Source: Candidatus Aenigmatarchaeota archaeon (GTDB lineage: Archaea; Aenigmatarchaeota; Aenigmatarchaeia; GW2011-AR5). Taken from it: a DNA stretch of 64,000 bases. The position numbers and the translations under genes are program-made. The notes below the pieces were generated by a model that had not been told where the DNA came from, did no database searches, and was given only the letters and a program-made list of their open reading frames with translations. The stretch is from the NCBI GenBank assembly GCA_016187335.1, contig JACPJW010000001.1, positions 404,170-468,169 on the forward strand, read 5' to 3'. Shown here piece by piece: positions 46,534-55,578 of this stretch (positions are counted from its first letter, which is position 1; each line of letters opens with the position of its first letter).

Positions 46534-48327
46534 ATGGCAAAGGAAAAAATAGTGCCTGATACGTCAGTGATTATTTCAGGCATCTTAACGGATCTGATAG
46601 CCAAAGGCGAGCTGTCGGACGCGGAAATAATCATGCCGGAGTTCGTTGTGGAAGAGCTTCGCGCCCAGTCGTCAAAAGGCAGGGAAATAGGCTTCAAGGG
46701 CCTGGAAGAACTGAAGAAATTGCGGGAGCTCAGCGGCGAGAAAATCAAGCTTGTCAAAATAGGCCGCAGGCAGACGATGGAGGAAATACAATTGGCAAAA
46801 TACGGCAGGATAGACGCTCTAATCATTGATATTGCCAGGGAATACGATGCCGTTCTTTACACTGCTGACTATGTCCAGTTCCTCGTGTGCGATGCCGAGG
46901 GCATCAAGACGCGCTACTTCAAGCCTTACGAAAAAAAAATAGAAACAAAGCTTTCCTCGATGCTGACCAAGGATACAATGTCCCTGCATCTGAAGGAAGG
47001 GACGGTGCCGATGGCGAAGCGAGGCCTGCCCGGTAAGTTTTCTTTAGTCAAGCTGAGGGAGGAGCTGCTGACAGAGGACGAACTGGAAGAGATTATCAAG
47101 GAGGTCATGGACGCGGCCAGGTATGAAGAGGACACGTTCATAGAAGTGGGCGGCCACGTGGCTTCTGTCGTGCAGATGGGCGACATGAGGATAGCGATAG
47201 CACGTCCTCCTTTCTCCGACGGCGTAGAGATTACAGTGGTCAGGCCAATAATCAAGCTGACGCTGGAAGACTACAAGCTTTCTGAAAAGCTCAAAGAGCG
47301 CCTTGCAAAGCGCGCTGACGGAATTCTCATAGCCGGCCCGCCCGGCTCAGGAAAAAGCACTTTTGCCGCCTCCCTTGCGGAGTTTTATGAAAGACAGGGC
47401 AAGATTGTGAAGACAATGGAATCACCAAGGGACTTGCAGGTAGGCCCGGAGATAACGCAGTACAGCAAATTGAAGGGCTCTTTCGAGAATACAGCGGACA
47501 TGCTCCTGCTTGTGAGACCGGACTACACTGTTTTCGACGAGGTGCGGAAAACCGAGGACTTTCTTATATTCAGCGACATGCGCCTTGCGGGAATAGGCAT
47601 GATCGGCGTTGTCCATGCCACGGAGCCCGTTGACGCCGTGCAGCGCTTCATCGGCAGGATTGAACTGGGCATGGTGCCTCACATCATTGACACAATCATA
47701 TACATCAAGGACGGCGTCATCAAAAATGTTTACGTATTGTCTTTGGTCGTGAGGACGCCGACAGGCATGACAGAAGCTGACCTGGCAAGGCCTGTTGTTG
47801 AAGTCAGGGATTTTGAAACAGGAACAATGGAATACGAAATATACACCTACGGCGAGGAGAACGTAATCATACCGGTGAAAGAGAAAAAAGAATCAGCGCT
47901 GCAAAGGCTTGCCAAAAAACACATATTCGAGGAAATCAAGCGCTTCGACAGGGACGCGCAGGTGGAATTCATGAGCGACGAGAAGATCCTCGTCAAGGTG
48001 GACAACGAAATTATCCCAAGAATCATCGGCAAGGAAGGCGTGACTATAAAGCATCTGGAAGAAAAGCTGGGATTGCACATTGACATCCTGCCGAAGGTGG
48101 AAACATTCGGAAAGGAGACGAAGTTTGACCAGGAAGAGAGCGGCGCGTACATGCAGTTCGTTTTCAGCGAGAAGCAGGGCAGGATTGTCAACTTCTACGC
48201 AGGAAAGGATTATTTGTTCTCGGCAACAATAGGCAAGAACGGCCGCATCAAGGTCAGCAAGGATTCCGATATAGGCAAGGAAGCCATGAAGGCGCTGGCC
48301 AAAGGGACCCTGAAGACGTTTGTATAA
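46534..48327 (+). CDS. PIN-domain/PilT-family ATPase with C-terminal KH domain
   Basis: 597 aa; N-terminal PIN-like region, Walker A GPPGSGKST, KH motif IIGKEGVTIKHLEEKLG. Confidence 0.8.
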   Translation: MAKEKIVPDTSVIISGILTDLIAKGELSDAEIIMPEFVVEELRAQSSKGREIGFKGLEELKKLRELSGEKIKLVKIGRRQTMEEIQLAKYGRIDALIIDIAREYDAVLYTADYVQFLVCDAEGIKTRYFKPYEKKIETKLSSMLTKDTMSLHLKEGTVPMAKRGLPGKFSLVKLREELLTEDELEEIIKEVMDAARYEEDTFIEVGGHVASVVQMGDMRIAIARPPFSDGVEITVVRPIIKLTLEDYKLSEKLKERLAKRADGILIAGPPGSGKSTFAASLAEFYERQGKIVKTMESPRDLQVGPEITQYSKLKGSFENTADMLLLVRPDYTVFDEVRKTEDFLIFSDMRLAGIGMIGVVHATEPVDAVQRFIGRIELGMVPHIIDTIIYIKDGVIKNVYVLSLVVRTPTGMTEADLARPVVEVRDFETGTMEYEIYTYGEENVIIPVKEKKESALQRLAKKHIFEEIKRFDRDAQVEFMSDEKILVKVDNEIIPRIIGKEGVTIKHLEEKLGLHIDILPKVETFGKETKFDQEESGAYMQFVFSEKQGRIVNFYAGKDYLFSATIGKNGRIKVSKDSDIGKEAMKALAKGTLKTFV

Positions 48328-48374
48328 CGGGTTGATTCTACAAGTTTTAATACTTTAAAGTAGTAACGAGTCGT

Positions 48375-48962
48375 GTGGTTAGAATGCCCAATGAAGGTTC
48401 AGGTCTAATCGTATTTCTTAATGGCACAAGCAGTTCTGGAAAAACCAGTATAGCTGCTGAGCTGACCAGAACACTGTTTGGCTACGAGTACATGGGGGTA
48501 GATGAATATTTAACGCGTGACAGAAATTTAGACGAACAACTTCAAAGACAGGATGAGCAAGGCATAGTTAAAGCGGCTACAGATGCCATTTATAATTTCC
48601 ACAACTCAATTGCGGCCAGGGCTGCTGCAGGACGGAACGTTGTCGCGGATCATGTTCTTTGGGATTCCGAACTGACAGAGCACGCCGCGAGAACCCTAGG
48701 GCCTTACCATGTCCTTCTCGTGGGCGTATATTGCCCTCTTGATATCGCAAAGGAGAGGGAAAAGAAACGTGGTGACAGAATTCTAGGGATTGTGCAATGT
48801 CAATTTCCGGTTGTTCATGAAGGCAAGCTATATGATGTGACGGTCGATACTTCTGTTTTGAGACCCGAGCAGTGCGCAACAGAAATTATAGACGCAATTA
48901 ATAGTAGGCAGTATATTTCTCGGCCTACTCGTGAAAAATTTGTTGTACCAACTGAATTATAA
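48375..48962 (+). CDS. P-loop kinase of the chloramphenicol-phosphotransferase-like family
   Basis: 195 aa; Walker A FLNGTSSSGKTSIA; overall CPT-like layout; A/T-rich codons. Confidence 0.5.
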   Translation: MVRMPNEGSGLIVFLNGTSSSGKTSIAAELTRTLFGYEYMGVDEYLTRDRNLDEQLQRQDEQGIVKAATDAIYNFHNSIAARAAAGRNVVADHVLWDSELTEHAARTLGPYHVLLVGVYCPLDIAKEREKKRGDRILGIVQCQFPVVHEGKLYDVTVDTSVLRPEQCATEIIDAINSRQYISRPTREKFVVPTEL

Positions 48963-49000
48963 ATAATAAGAGAAAGAAATCAAGGAAAACAAAGGAGAGG

Positions 49001-49321
49001 TTGGTCTTGTCTATGGACATAGAGTTTTGTGGTTGCGGCGGCATGCTTGCGCCTGCCGGAAAGGGATTGCTAAGGTGCAGGTCCTGCGGCAAGGAACTGG
49101 AAAAAAAATTTCATGGCAAAATAACGGCAAAGTCCGAGAAAAAGGAAATCGTCGTGATAGAAGACAACGCTCCTGATCTGCCGACAACTGACAAGGAATG
49201 CCCGAAGTGCAAGCATGGAAAGGCTTACTGGTGGCTCATCCAGACAAGGAGCGCGGACGAGCCGCCCACGCAGTTCTTCCGATGCATAAAGTGCAGGCAC
49301 GTGTGGCGGGAGTACAAGTGA
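49001..49321 (+). CDS. tfs: Transcription factor S / RNA polymerase subunit M (TFIIS-type zinc ribbon)
   Basis: 106 aa; N-terminal CxxC ribbon and C-terminal CPKC...QTRSADEPPTQFFRCIKCRHVWRE with acidic hairpin. Confidence 0.75.
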   Translation: MVLSMDIEFCGCGGMLAPAGKGLLRCRSCGKELEKKFHGKITAKSEKKEIVVIEDNAPDLPTTDKECPKCKHGKAYWWLIQTRSADEPPTQFFRCIKCRHVWREYK

Positions 49322-49394
49322 TTTTTTCGCAGTCTTCACGTGATTAATTAAAGTTTTCAATTTCCTTTAAGAAAATTGTTTCCAAAGGAAATTC

Positions 49395-50465
49395 ATGAAT
49401 TCTTCAGATGCACTTCTCAGGGAGCTTTCTCCTTATTTCATACCGCCTGAAAAGACCCGTGCAAGGCAGCGTTTCGGCGGCTTTGATGCGGCGAAAACAA
49501 CATTCAGGGATGCGAAGGTCATCGTATACGGCGTGCCGTTTGAAGGCACACAGACATATCATGCGGGCAGTCACCTCGGGCCGTGGGCAATCAGGGACGT
49601 AACGGGCAACCAGCTTGAACCCTTTGTAATCGACCAGGGAATCGATCCTTATGCCGCAGTCGGAGTTTTTGATATCGGCGACTTCAAACTTCGCGTTTAT
49701 AGAAACGATAGAAAACTGATTTATGATGTAATGCATCCTTCTGTCAGGGCAACCAAAAGGCAGATAGAAGCAGCCAAAGCCAGAGTAAACAGGGCTGTTG
49801 AAAAGCTAGGTAGCCTGGAAAGAATTACCGAAATGCTGAGGAATGAAGGCAAAGTTCCGCTCATGCTTGGAGGCGAGCATCTGGTTTCTTTGTGGCCTAT
49901 CAGGGGCGTTTCCAGAGAAAATCCTGTAGTTCTTCATTTTGACGCTCATATGGACATGAAAAGACAGTATTTAGGCGTCGTTTATTCTCATACAACACCG
50001 ATGTATCATGTGATTTACGGCGACAAGCCTGTTGAGGGCAGGGATTTTGTCCAGATAGGAATAAGGCAGGCGTCACCTGATGAGATTGGTAACGCCAAGG
50101 AAAAAGGCGTAAATGTTTTTTATTCGCTGAAACACACATGGAGAGGAATAGAATCGCAGTTTTCGGATGAAATGATAGCTGATGTGAAAACCTTTGTAAG
50201 GGAAATCACGCATGGCAGGCGGGTTTACGTGACATTTGATATGGACGTTTTGGATTGCCCTTACGTCCCATTCAGTGGAACTCCCGAGCCTTTTGGAATA
50301 ACTCCGCTACAGGCTTACAAAATATTTCAGTCAATAGATGACGGTGCCGAAATAATAGGCATGGATTTTGTTGAAACAAGTTCTGATGGCAAAAGCACAA
50401 TAGAAGGAGCTGTTGCCTCGCATCTGATTCTAAGAATGCTCTGCCACCCTTCACTGAGGCGCTAA
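49395..50465 (+). CDS. Arginase/agmatinase-family ureohydrolase
   Basis: 356 aa; manganese-binding motifs GGEHLVS, HFDAHMD, TFDMDVLD. Confidence 0.8.
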   Translation: MNSSDALLRELSPYFIPPEKTRARQRFGGFDAAKTTFRDAKVIVYGVPFEGTQTYHAGSHLGPWAIRDVTGNQLEPFVIDQGIDPYAAVGVFDIGDFKLRVYRNDRKLIYDVMHPSVRATKRQIEAAKARVNRAVEKLGSLERITEMLRNEGKVPLMLGGEHLVSLWPIRGVSRENPVVLHFDAHMDMKRQYLGVVYSHTTPMYHVIYGDKPVEGRDFVQIGIRQASPDEIGNAKEKGVNVFYSLKHTWRGIESQFSDEMIADVKTFVREITHGRRVYVTFDMDVLDCPYVPFSGTPEPFGITPLQAYKIFQSIDDGAEIIGMDFVETSSDGKSTIEGAVASHLILRMLCHPSLRR

Positions 50466-51163
50466 ACCCAAACCCCCAGCAATGAGCCGATAAGGAAGCC
50501 TGTCAATGCCGCTGCCATCCCGACCAAGGACATCTCTATTCCGCTCTTCCACCATGTGCCCAGAGTCATCTTCGCCTTGACGGAGCCGGCGATGAACAAA
50601 GTGATAGTTGAAATTATTACGGAAACAATTATAGCATCCTTTATCGGTATGAAGAAGAAAGGCAGCAGCGGTATCAGCGAGCCGATGATAGCTGAGAATC
50701 CTACGACGAATGCGCTTTTTGTCGGGTTCTCAGAGTCCTCAGGCGATACGTGAAGTTCCTCTGTCATCATCGTGTCCAGCCACACCTTCTTGTCGGACGT
50801 GATTTTGTCCACTATTTTTTTCAGCGGGGCGCCGCGGAATCCTTTCCTGTAATAAATGTCGCGAATTTCCTTCCTTTCGACATGCGGCAGTTCCCTTATC
50901 TCCTTCATCTCCCTTTCCTTTTCGCTTTTGTAGAAATCCCTGCTTGCCTTGAAGGACGTGTAAGCGACAGCTGCCATGGAAATGCTCTCCGCAAAGGTGG
51001 CGGCAATGCCGGCAATAATGACTATTCTGGCGTCCTGCACGGCTGTCGCGACACCGAGAATGATTCCCAGAACATTGACGAGGCCGTCCTGCCCGCCGAG
51101 GATGAAGTCGCGCAGCGTAGAGCCGCTCTTGTGCATTTCCCTGTGAACGTCTGCTGACGACAT
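50462..51163 (-). CDS. VIT1/CCC1-family membrane protein (iron/manganese transporter-like)
   Basis: 233 aa; GGQDGLVNVLGIILG N-terminal helix, central cytoplasmic segment, C-terminal TM helices. Confidence 0.7.
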   Translation of the reverse strand: MSSADVHREMHKSGSTLRDFILGGQDGLVNVLGIILGVATAVQDARIVIIAGIAATFAESISMAAVAYTSFKASRDFYKSEKEREMKEIRELPHVERKEIRDIYYRKGFRGAPLKKIVDKITSDKKVWLDTMMTEELHVSPEDSENPTKSAFVVGFSAIIGSLIPLLPFFFIPIKDAIIVSVIISTITLFIAGSVKAKMTLGTWWKSGIEMSLVGMAAALTGFLIGSLLGVWV

Positions 51164-51228
51164 GGTTTTCTCTTGGCGAAAACGTGATTTAAAGATTTTA
51201 GTTGAGTTTTAGTGTAGCATTAGTTCAT

Positions 51229-51492
51229 GCGCCCGTAGCTCAGCTTGGCAAACTTTGCTACTCCAAAGTTTGATCAAAAGAGGTCTGTGACGAAGTTTGA
51301 GCAAATAGAGCACTTCTCTCCTAGAGGTGAATTGAGCGCAACGGAAGACTGAAGTTTCTGAAGAAACTTCAGCCGGTTTTGTGCGATGATAATTTCCTGA
51401 AGTGAGGAAGGGGCCGCGCGTTCGAATGCACCCTTTCTTGGAAAGAAAGCGTGCACGGAAAGAAAAGGGTGCCGAATATCGCGCCGGGCGCG
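51229..51492 (+). tRNA. tRNA-Arg (anticodon CCU) with three introns
   Basis: Exons GCGCCCG-TA-GCTC-AGCTTGG / TAGAGC-A-CTTCT-CTCCTA / A-GGAAG-GGGCC-GCGCG-TTCGAAT / CGCGC-CGGGCGC-G; introns about 51249-51305, 51324-51404, 51428-51479; exons sum to 74 nt. Confidence 0.8.
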
Positions 51493-51495
51493 CTT

Positions 51496-51798
51496 ATGTT
51501 CCATTACAGAGATCCGATAAGGGAAATAGCGGAAGAAGACGGATATTTCCTCACCGAGACAGCCGAAGGTATGAATCTTGCCTTGAAGACAATCTTAGGC
51601 TTTGCAAGCATAATACTCAGGGAACTGGAAGGGGGGAAATGTTATGTAAAAATAGTACTTGAGCCTCCTAGAGGTTTATCAAGGACAGCCGAAGAAATTT
51701 TTGAAAGTCCTTATTCCGCGGCCGGATATGTTGCAAAATGGATGTGCGGACCTATCTATACGGATCTGGTTCAAGAAGTTGAGGCGTTAATTCTCTAA
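51496..51798 (+). CDS. Hypothetical protein
   Basis: Start taken at MFHYRDPIRE because the track ORF overlaps the tRNA-Arg 3' exon. Confidence 0.4.
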   Translation: MFHYRDPIREIAEEDGYFLTETAEGMNLALKTILGFASIILRELEGGKCYVKIVLEPPRGLSRTAEEIFESPYSAAGYVAKWMCGPIYTDLVQEVEALIL

Positions 51799-51832
51799 TC
51801 TTTATATTCCGCCTTCGCACAAAAGATTCATT

Positions 51833-53170
51833 ATGAGGAAATATCTGTTATCAATAGTCCTGCTGCTGCTTTCGTCTGTACCTGTTTTTGCAGTGGGCAA
51901 CCTCACGGTTTTCAGCGTTCCTTTATCACAGCCGGCTGTCTACGCAAACACCAACCAGTCCGTTAACGTCCTTAACCTGACCCTGAACGTGACGGCGGGC
52001 AGCGGCGCGGACGGCGTCATCAACATAACTGTCATCAATATTACGGTGACCAACAGCAGCGAAGGCAACCTGTCAGCGGGCAATATATCAGCGGTTGAGG
52101 TCAGGAACAGCACGGGGTTCCCGATAGCAAGGAACACAACAGTCAATCCTGCAAACAACATGACGTTCACGATTTCAATCCCGGGAGGGCTGACCATAAA
52201 CACATCTAATGCGACCATATGGATTGCCATCAACATATCAAGGTCGGCGGCGCGCTTCCTGAACATATCAGTGAACATAACGGGTCCCGGGGAAATAGGC
52301 ACGAACAGCTCTGTGAACAATATCACGATATCAGGCGTTTCAATAAAGTCAAACGGCGTGCAGATACAGAATTTACATTCAAACTCAACAATATCGCCGC
52401 GCTTTGTGGACACGGGCGTTGAGAACCAGTCGTTCACTTACACCTTGGTTCCGCCGACTGGAACGGATGCAATAAAGAACGTCAGTATTTCGTTCCCGGC
52501 CAATTACACCTTGTCCAAGCTCATTTCAATAATGGTTGGCGGCGGCGTCCCGGACGGCGCGACAAACAATACAGCCGTCAACGGCATAAACATTTCCCTG
52601 AGCACGGCCACGACCCAGACAATACAGGTAAACTTCACCGCCAACACTTCCGTCAATCCTATCCAGAACAGGGCGTTCTCATCAACCCTGGACGGAGGAA
52701 ACCTCTCTGCCGTGTCAACTGATCCCACGCTGGAAGGGGTGAATGTAAGCACACAGCCCATACTGAACCTTACGAACGTCACCCTGGTAAAAAGCACTGC
52801 AATAATCAACGGCACCGATTACTGGGAATTCAATTTCACTTTGAATTACACTGCCAACATATCAACAGGAGGCCTGATTCAGTTCAGGCTCACGGACTGG
52901 AACACTTCTTCCGGCAGCACGCTTGCATTGAACAATTCATTGTGCGATGGCAGCAGGTGCGCGTCCCTGAGGAACGAGACAACCATGAACACCACAGGGA
53001 AATTCAACATAACGAATGATTACGAATCTTTCACAAAGGGAATCACCATATCGTCCATAACACAGGGCACCCTGACAATACTGGTCTTGAGAATGGTAAT
53101 ACCTTCAAATGCCCCGACATCATCCAACTGGCAGGCTGCTTACGGATTTTTGTTCAGGTCAAGCCCTTGA
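51833..53170 (+). CDS. Secreted surface protein, extremely N-glycosylation-sequon rich
   Basis: 445 aa; signal peptide MRKYLLSIVLLLLSSVPVFA; about 40 N-x-S/T sequons counted by hand. Confidence 0.6.
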   Translation: MRKYLLSIVLLLLSSVPVFAVGNLTVFSVPLSQPAVYANTNQSVNVLNLTLNVTAGSGADGVINITVINITVTNSSEGNLSAGNISAVEVRNSTGFPIARNTTVNPANNMTFTISIPGGLTINTSNATIWIAINISRSAARFLNISVNITGPGEIGTNSSVNNITISGVSIKSNGVQIQNLHSNSTISPRFVDTGVENQSFTYTLVPPTGTDAIKNVSISFPANYTLSKLISIMVGGGVPDGATNNTAVNGINISLSTATTQTIQVNFTANTSVNPIQNRAFSSTLDGGNLSAVSTDPTLEGVNVSTQPILNLTNVTLVKSTAIINGTDYWEFNFTLNYTANISTGGLIQFRLTDWNTSSGSTLALNNSLCDGSRCASLRNETTMNTTGKFNITNDYESFTKGITISSITQGTLTILVLRMVIPSNAPTSSNWQAAYGFLFRSSP

Positions 53171-53191
53171 CGTTTTTAATAGTGATGCTGA

Positions 53192-54403
53192 ATGGATTAT
53201 CGCCTTTCAATACTTTTAGCTGCGGCATGCCTGCTTCTGCTGTCCTTCGTTTCCAGAGGAGAAACAACCGGCAATGTAAGCATCTCAACGCAGGGAAATA
53301 TTTCCCCGTCAACAGGGGTTTACGGATATGTAGCTCCCGGCGGATGCAACAGCAACGCGGAGTGCTACGACTATAAATGCTTCCAGGATTTTTTGGTGCC
53401 ATCCGGAAACAAGACCGGCAGGTGCGACGTCCCGGCAACCACAAAATGCTTTCACAGCGGGACAGGCTATTCAACCGGCACTTATTATTGCTCGGCTAAC
53501 ACATCGTATTACCGGTGCGATACAGGCGGCAACGGAAGCTGGACAGGCGCGTTTTCGTGCTCGTCAGGCCAGACGTGTTCTGTTGATAGTACGTCGTCTT
53601 CAGCCCCTTGCTCAACATCGTCGCCTTCAAGCAGCTCAAGCAGCAGCGGAGGCGGAGGCACAGCAATAAAGAAAGCCTCTGTCCAGCTTGTCTCGGGCAT
53701 AGCCGGCTTTGAAATTTATCAGGAGGAAGATGTCAACAAAACGGTTATCGTGAAAAACAACGGCGATTATGTCCTTGGCAATGTCTACCTTGACATACAG
53801 GGAATTCCTTTTGCTTCCGTCCTTACGGGCAGCAGCGAGATCAATTTGTCAAAAAATTACAACTTCACCGTGTCTTTCATGCCCAAAAACTCTACTGAAA
53901 TCAGGACGTACCCCGCCAATGCAACGGTTTATACCAACTTCACCAATACGACGGCAAACTTTTCCTTCACAGTCAAAGTACTCCCAAGCAACAGGACCGT
54001 TTCAGAGTCAATCATTCCCGCGTACGCAGAATATATCAACCTTTCTCTGGAATACGAAAAGAACGTAACGGCCCTGGAAAAGGAAGGGCATAACCTCACG
54101 GATGCGAGGGCGATTCTTACGACAATAAAGGCAAAGATGCAGGACATCAACCAGTCGATATCCAAGAAGGACTACTTTTCTGCTGCATCCCAGATCAGCG
54201 AGGTGAAGGTTCTTTTTGATGAGCTCCAGAAAACCATTTCAAAATCCGAAAAGCCGAAAGGAACGGATATAATAATTTATCTGGCCGTCGCCGCTGCCAT
54301 TCTGGTGGCAGTTATTCTGGCCTACCTTCTGTGGCCGTCAAAGCAGCAAAGAAGAGTTTTTCAGGGCCAGCAGTATTCGCAAGCAGCAGTAATTAAGCAA
54401 TAG
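53192..54403 (+). CDS. Surface protein with Cys-rich N-domain, Ser-rich linker and C-terminal TM anchor
   Basis: 403 aa; signal peptide, Cys-rich segment, poly-Ser stretch, many sequons, C-terminal hydrophobic helix IIIYLAVAAAILVAVILAYLLW. Confidence 0.6.
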   Translation: MDYRLSILLAAACLLLLSFVSRGETTGNVSISTQGNISPSTGVYGYVAPGGCNSNAECYDYKCFQDFLVPSGNKTGRCDVPATTKCFHSGTGYSTGTYYCSANTSYYRCDTGGNGSWTGAFSCSSGQTCSVDSTSSSAPCSTSSPSSSSSSSGGGGTAIKKASVQLVSGIAGFEIYQEEDVNKTVIVKNNGDYVLGNVYLDIQGIPFASVLTGSSEINLSKNYNFTVSFMPKNSTEIRTYPANATVYTNFTNTTANFSFTVKVLPSNRTVSESIIPAYAEYINLSLEYEKNVTALEKEGHNLTDARAILTTIKAKMQDINQSISKKDYFSAASQISEVKVLFDELQKTISKSEKPKGTDIIIYLAVAAAILVAVILAYLLWPSKQQRRVFQGQQYSQAAVIKQ

Positions 54404-54758
54404 AGATCCGGCCGGCGTCAGCGGCTGGTGGTTTCTTTCCCTGAACCGACCTTTCTGCGGCAAACTTGCAGAGGATGACAAATCTGCTGTTCAGTTCGCC
54501 GCGGTCAAGCTTGTTTTCAAAAATCACGGAAGCCAGTTTTCTCGCCTCTGAAATTATTTCGTCGTTGGAAAAAACCCTGTCGTTTTTCCCCCTTATCCTG
54601 CGCAGGTATTGCGATATTGCCGGCTGCGATATTCCCATCAGCCTTGCGGCCTCGCTCTGGTTAAGATTGTAGCCCTCAATAAGCTCTCTGGCTATCAATG
54701 ATCTCAGAGACGGAACTATTTCGCTGGCAATCAGTTCCCATTCAATTTTCATTTTCAA
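54393..54758 (-). CDS. HTH transcriptional regulator
   Basis: 121 aa; helix-turn-helix NQSEAARLMGISQPAISQYL. Confidence 0.55.
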   Translation of the reverse strand: MKMKIEWELIASEIVPSLRSLIARELIEGYNLNQSEAARLMGISQPAISQYLRRIRGKNDRVFSNDEIISEARKLASVIFENKLDRGELNSRFVILCKFAAERSVQGKKPPAADAGRISIA

Positions 54759-54993
54759 TCACCGATGCAAGGAGAAGCAAAGCTTCTATGATAAGAGATT
54801 GAAACAAACGTTTTTAAGCCTGATAAGTTTCTAGAATTTTATTATACCGAGGGCTATGAGGCCTGTCACCAGAACGATGGCCGTTATGAGTATCCAGAAA
54901 TAAGTGTAAACGTAATCATGCGTCGACTTTTCTTTCATAATCAGAACCCATCATGTTAATTAATTTTATTTAGTCGGTTCCGGTACCTCCGAC

Positions 54994-55518
54994 TTATTTC
55001 TTCATCATCAGGGGCTCCCCTTTTTCAGGGTAATGCACGTCAATCAGCTCGTAATCCTGCAGTACGCGGGCCCACTGCTCTACAAGGCCTTCATGGACGC
55101 CGAATTTCTTCGCGGCGTCTTTCAGTTTCACCTTTTTGTTTTTCATCACCAGGTCAAACAGCTCGTCCAGAGGCGCCTTGTAATCCTTCTTCAAATCAGC
55201 AATAACCTTTTCATTGCTCACGATGCCTTCCTTGGCGACTCTTTCAAAGAACTTTGCATTATCAATGATTATCTGCTTTGCAGGCTTGACAATGCTTTCT
55301 TTTACCGGCTCTGAAATGCTTGGCAGCTTTCTCAGAATATCCTTGTATCTTTCAAGAAGAAAATCCCTGTCGCTTTTCAGCTCGATGTTTTCTTTTTTCA
55401 GCTTGATTATAGTATCCTTCATGATGGAGAAGGATTCCTCCATGCGCTGCATCCTCCTGTTCATTTCCCTTTCAAGTCTGGCAATTTTTTTTTCGGCGTC
55501 GTCAGCGAATAGAGGCAT
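54994..55518 (-). CDS. Coiled-coil hypothetical protein
   Basis: 174 aa; heptad-like charged N-terminal half. Confidence 0.45.
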   Translation of the reverse strand: MPLFADDAEKKIARLEREMNRRMQRMEESFSIMKDTIIKLKKENIELKSDRDFLLERYKDILRKLPSISEPVKESIVKPAKQIIIDNAKFFERVAKEGIVSNEKVIADLKKDYKAPLDELFDLVMKNKKVKLKDAAKKFGVHEGLVEQWARVLQDYELIDVHYPEKGEPLMMKK

Positions 55519-55578
55519 AAGAAAAAATTCTTTTGATATTTTTTAAAGCTTATAACGAACGGGAGCGAACACATATGC

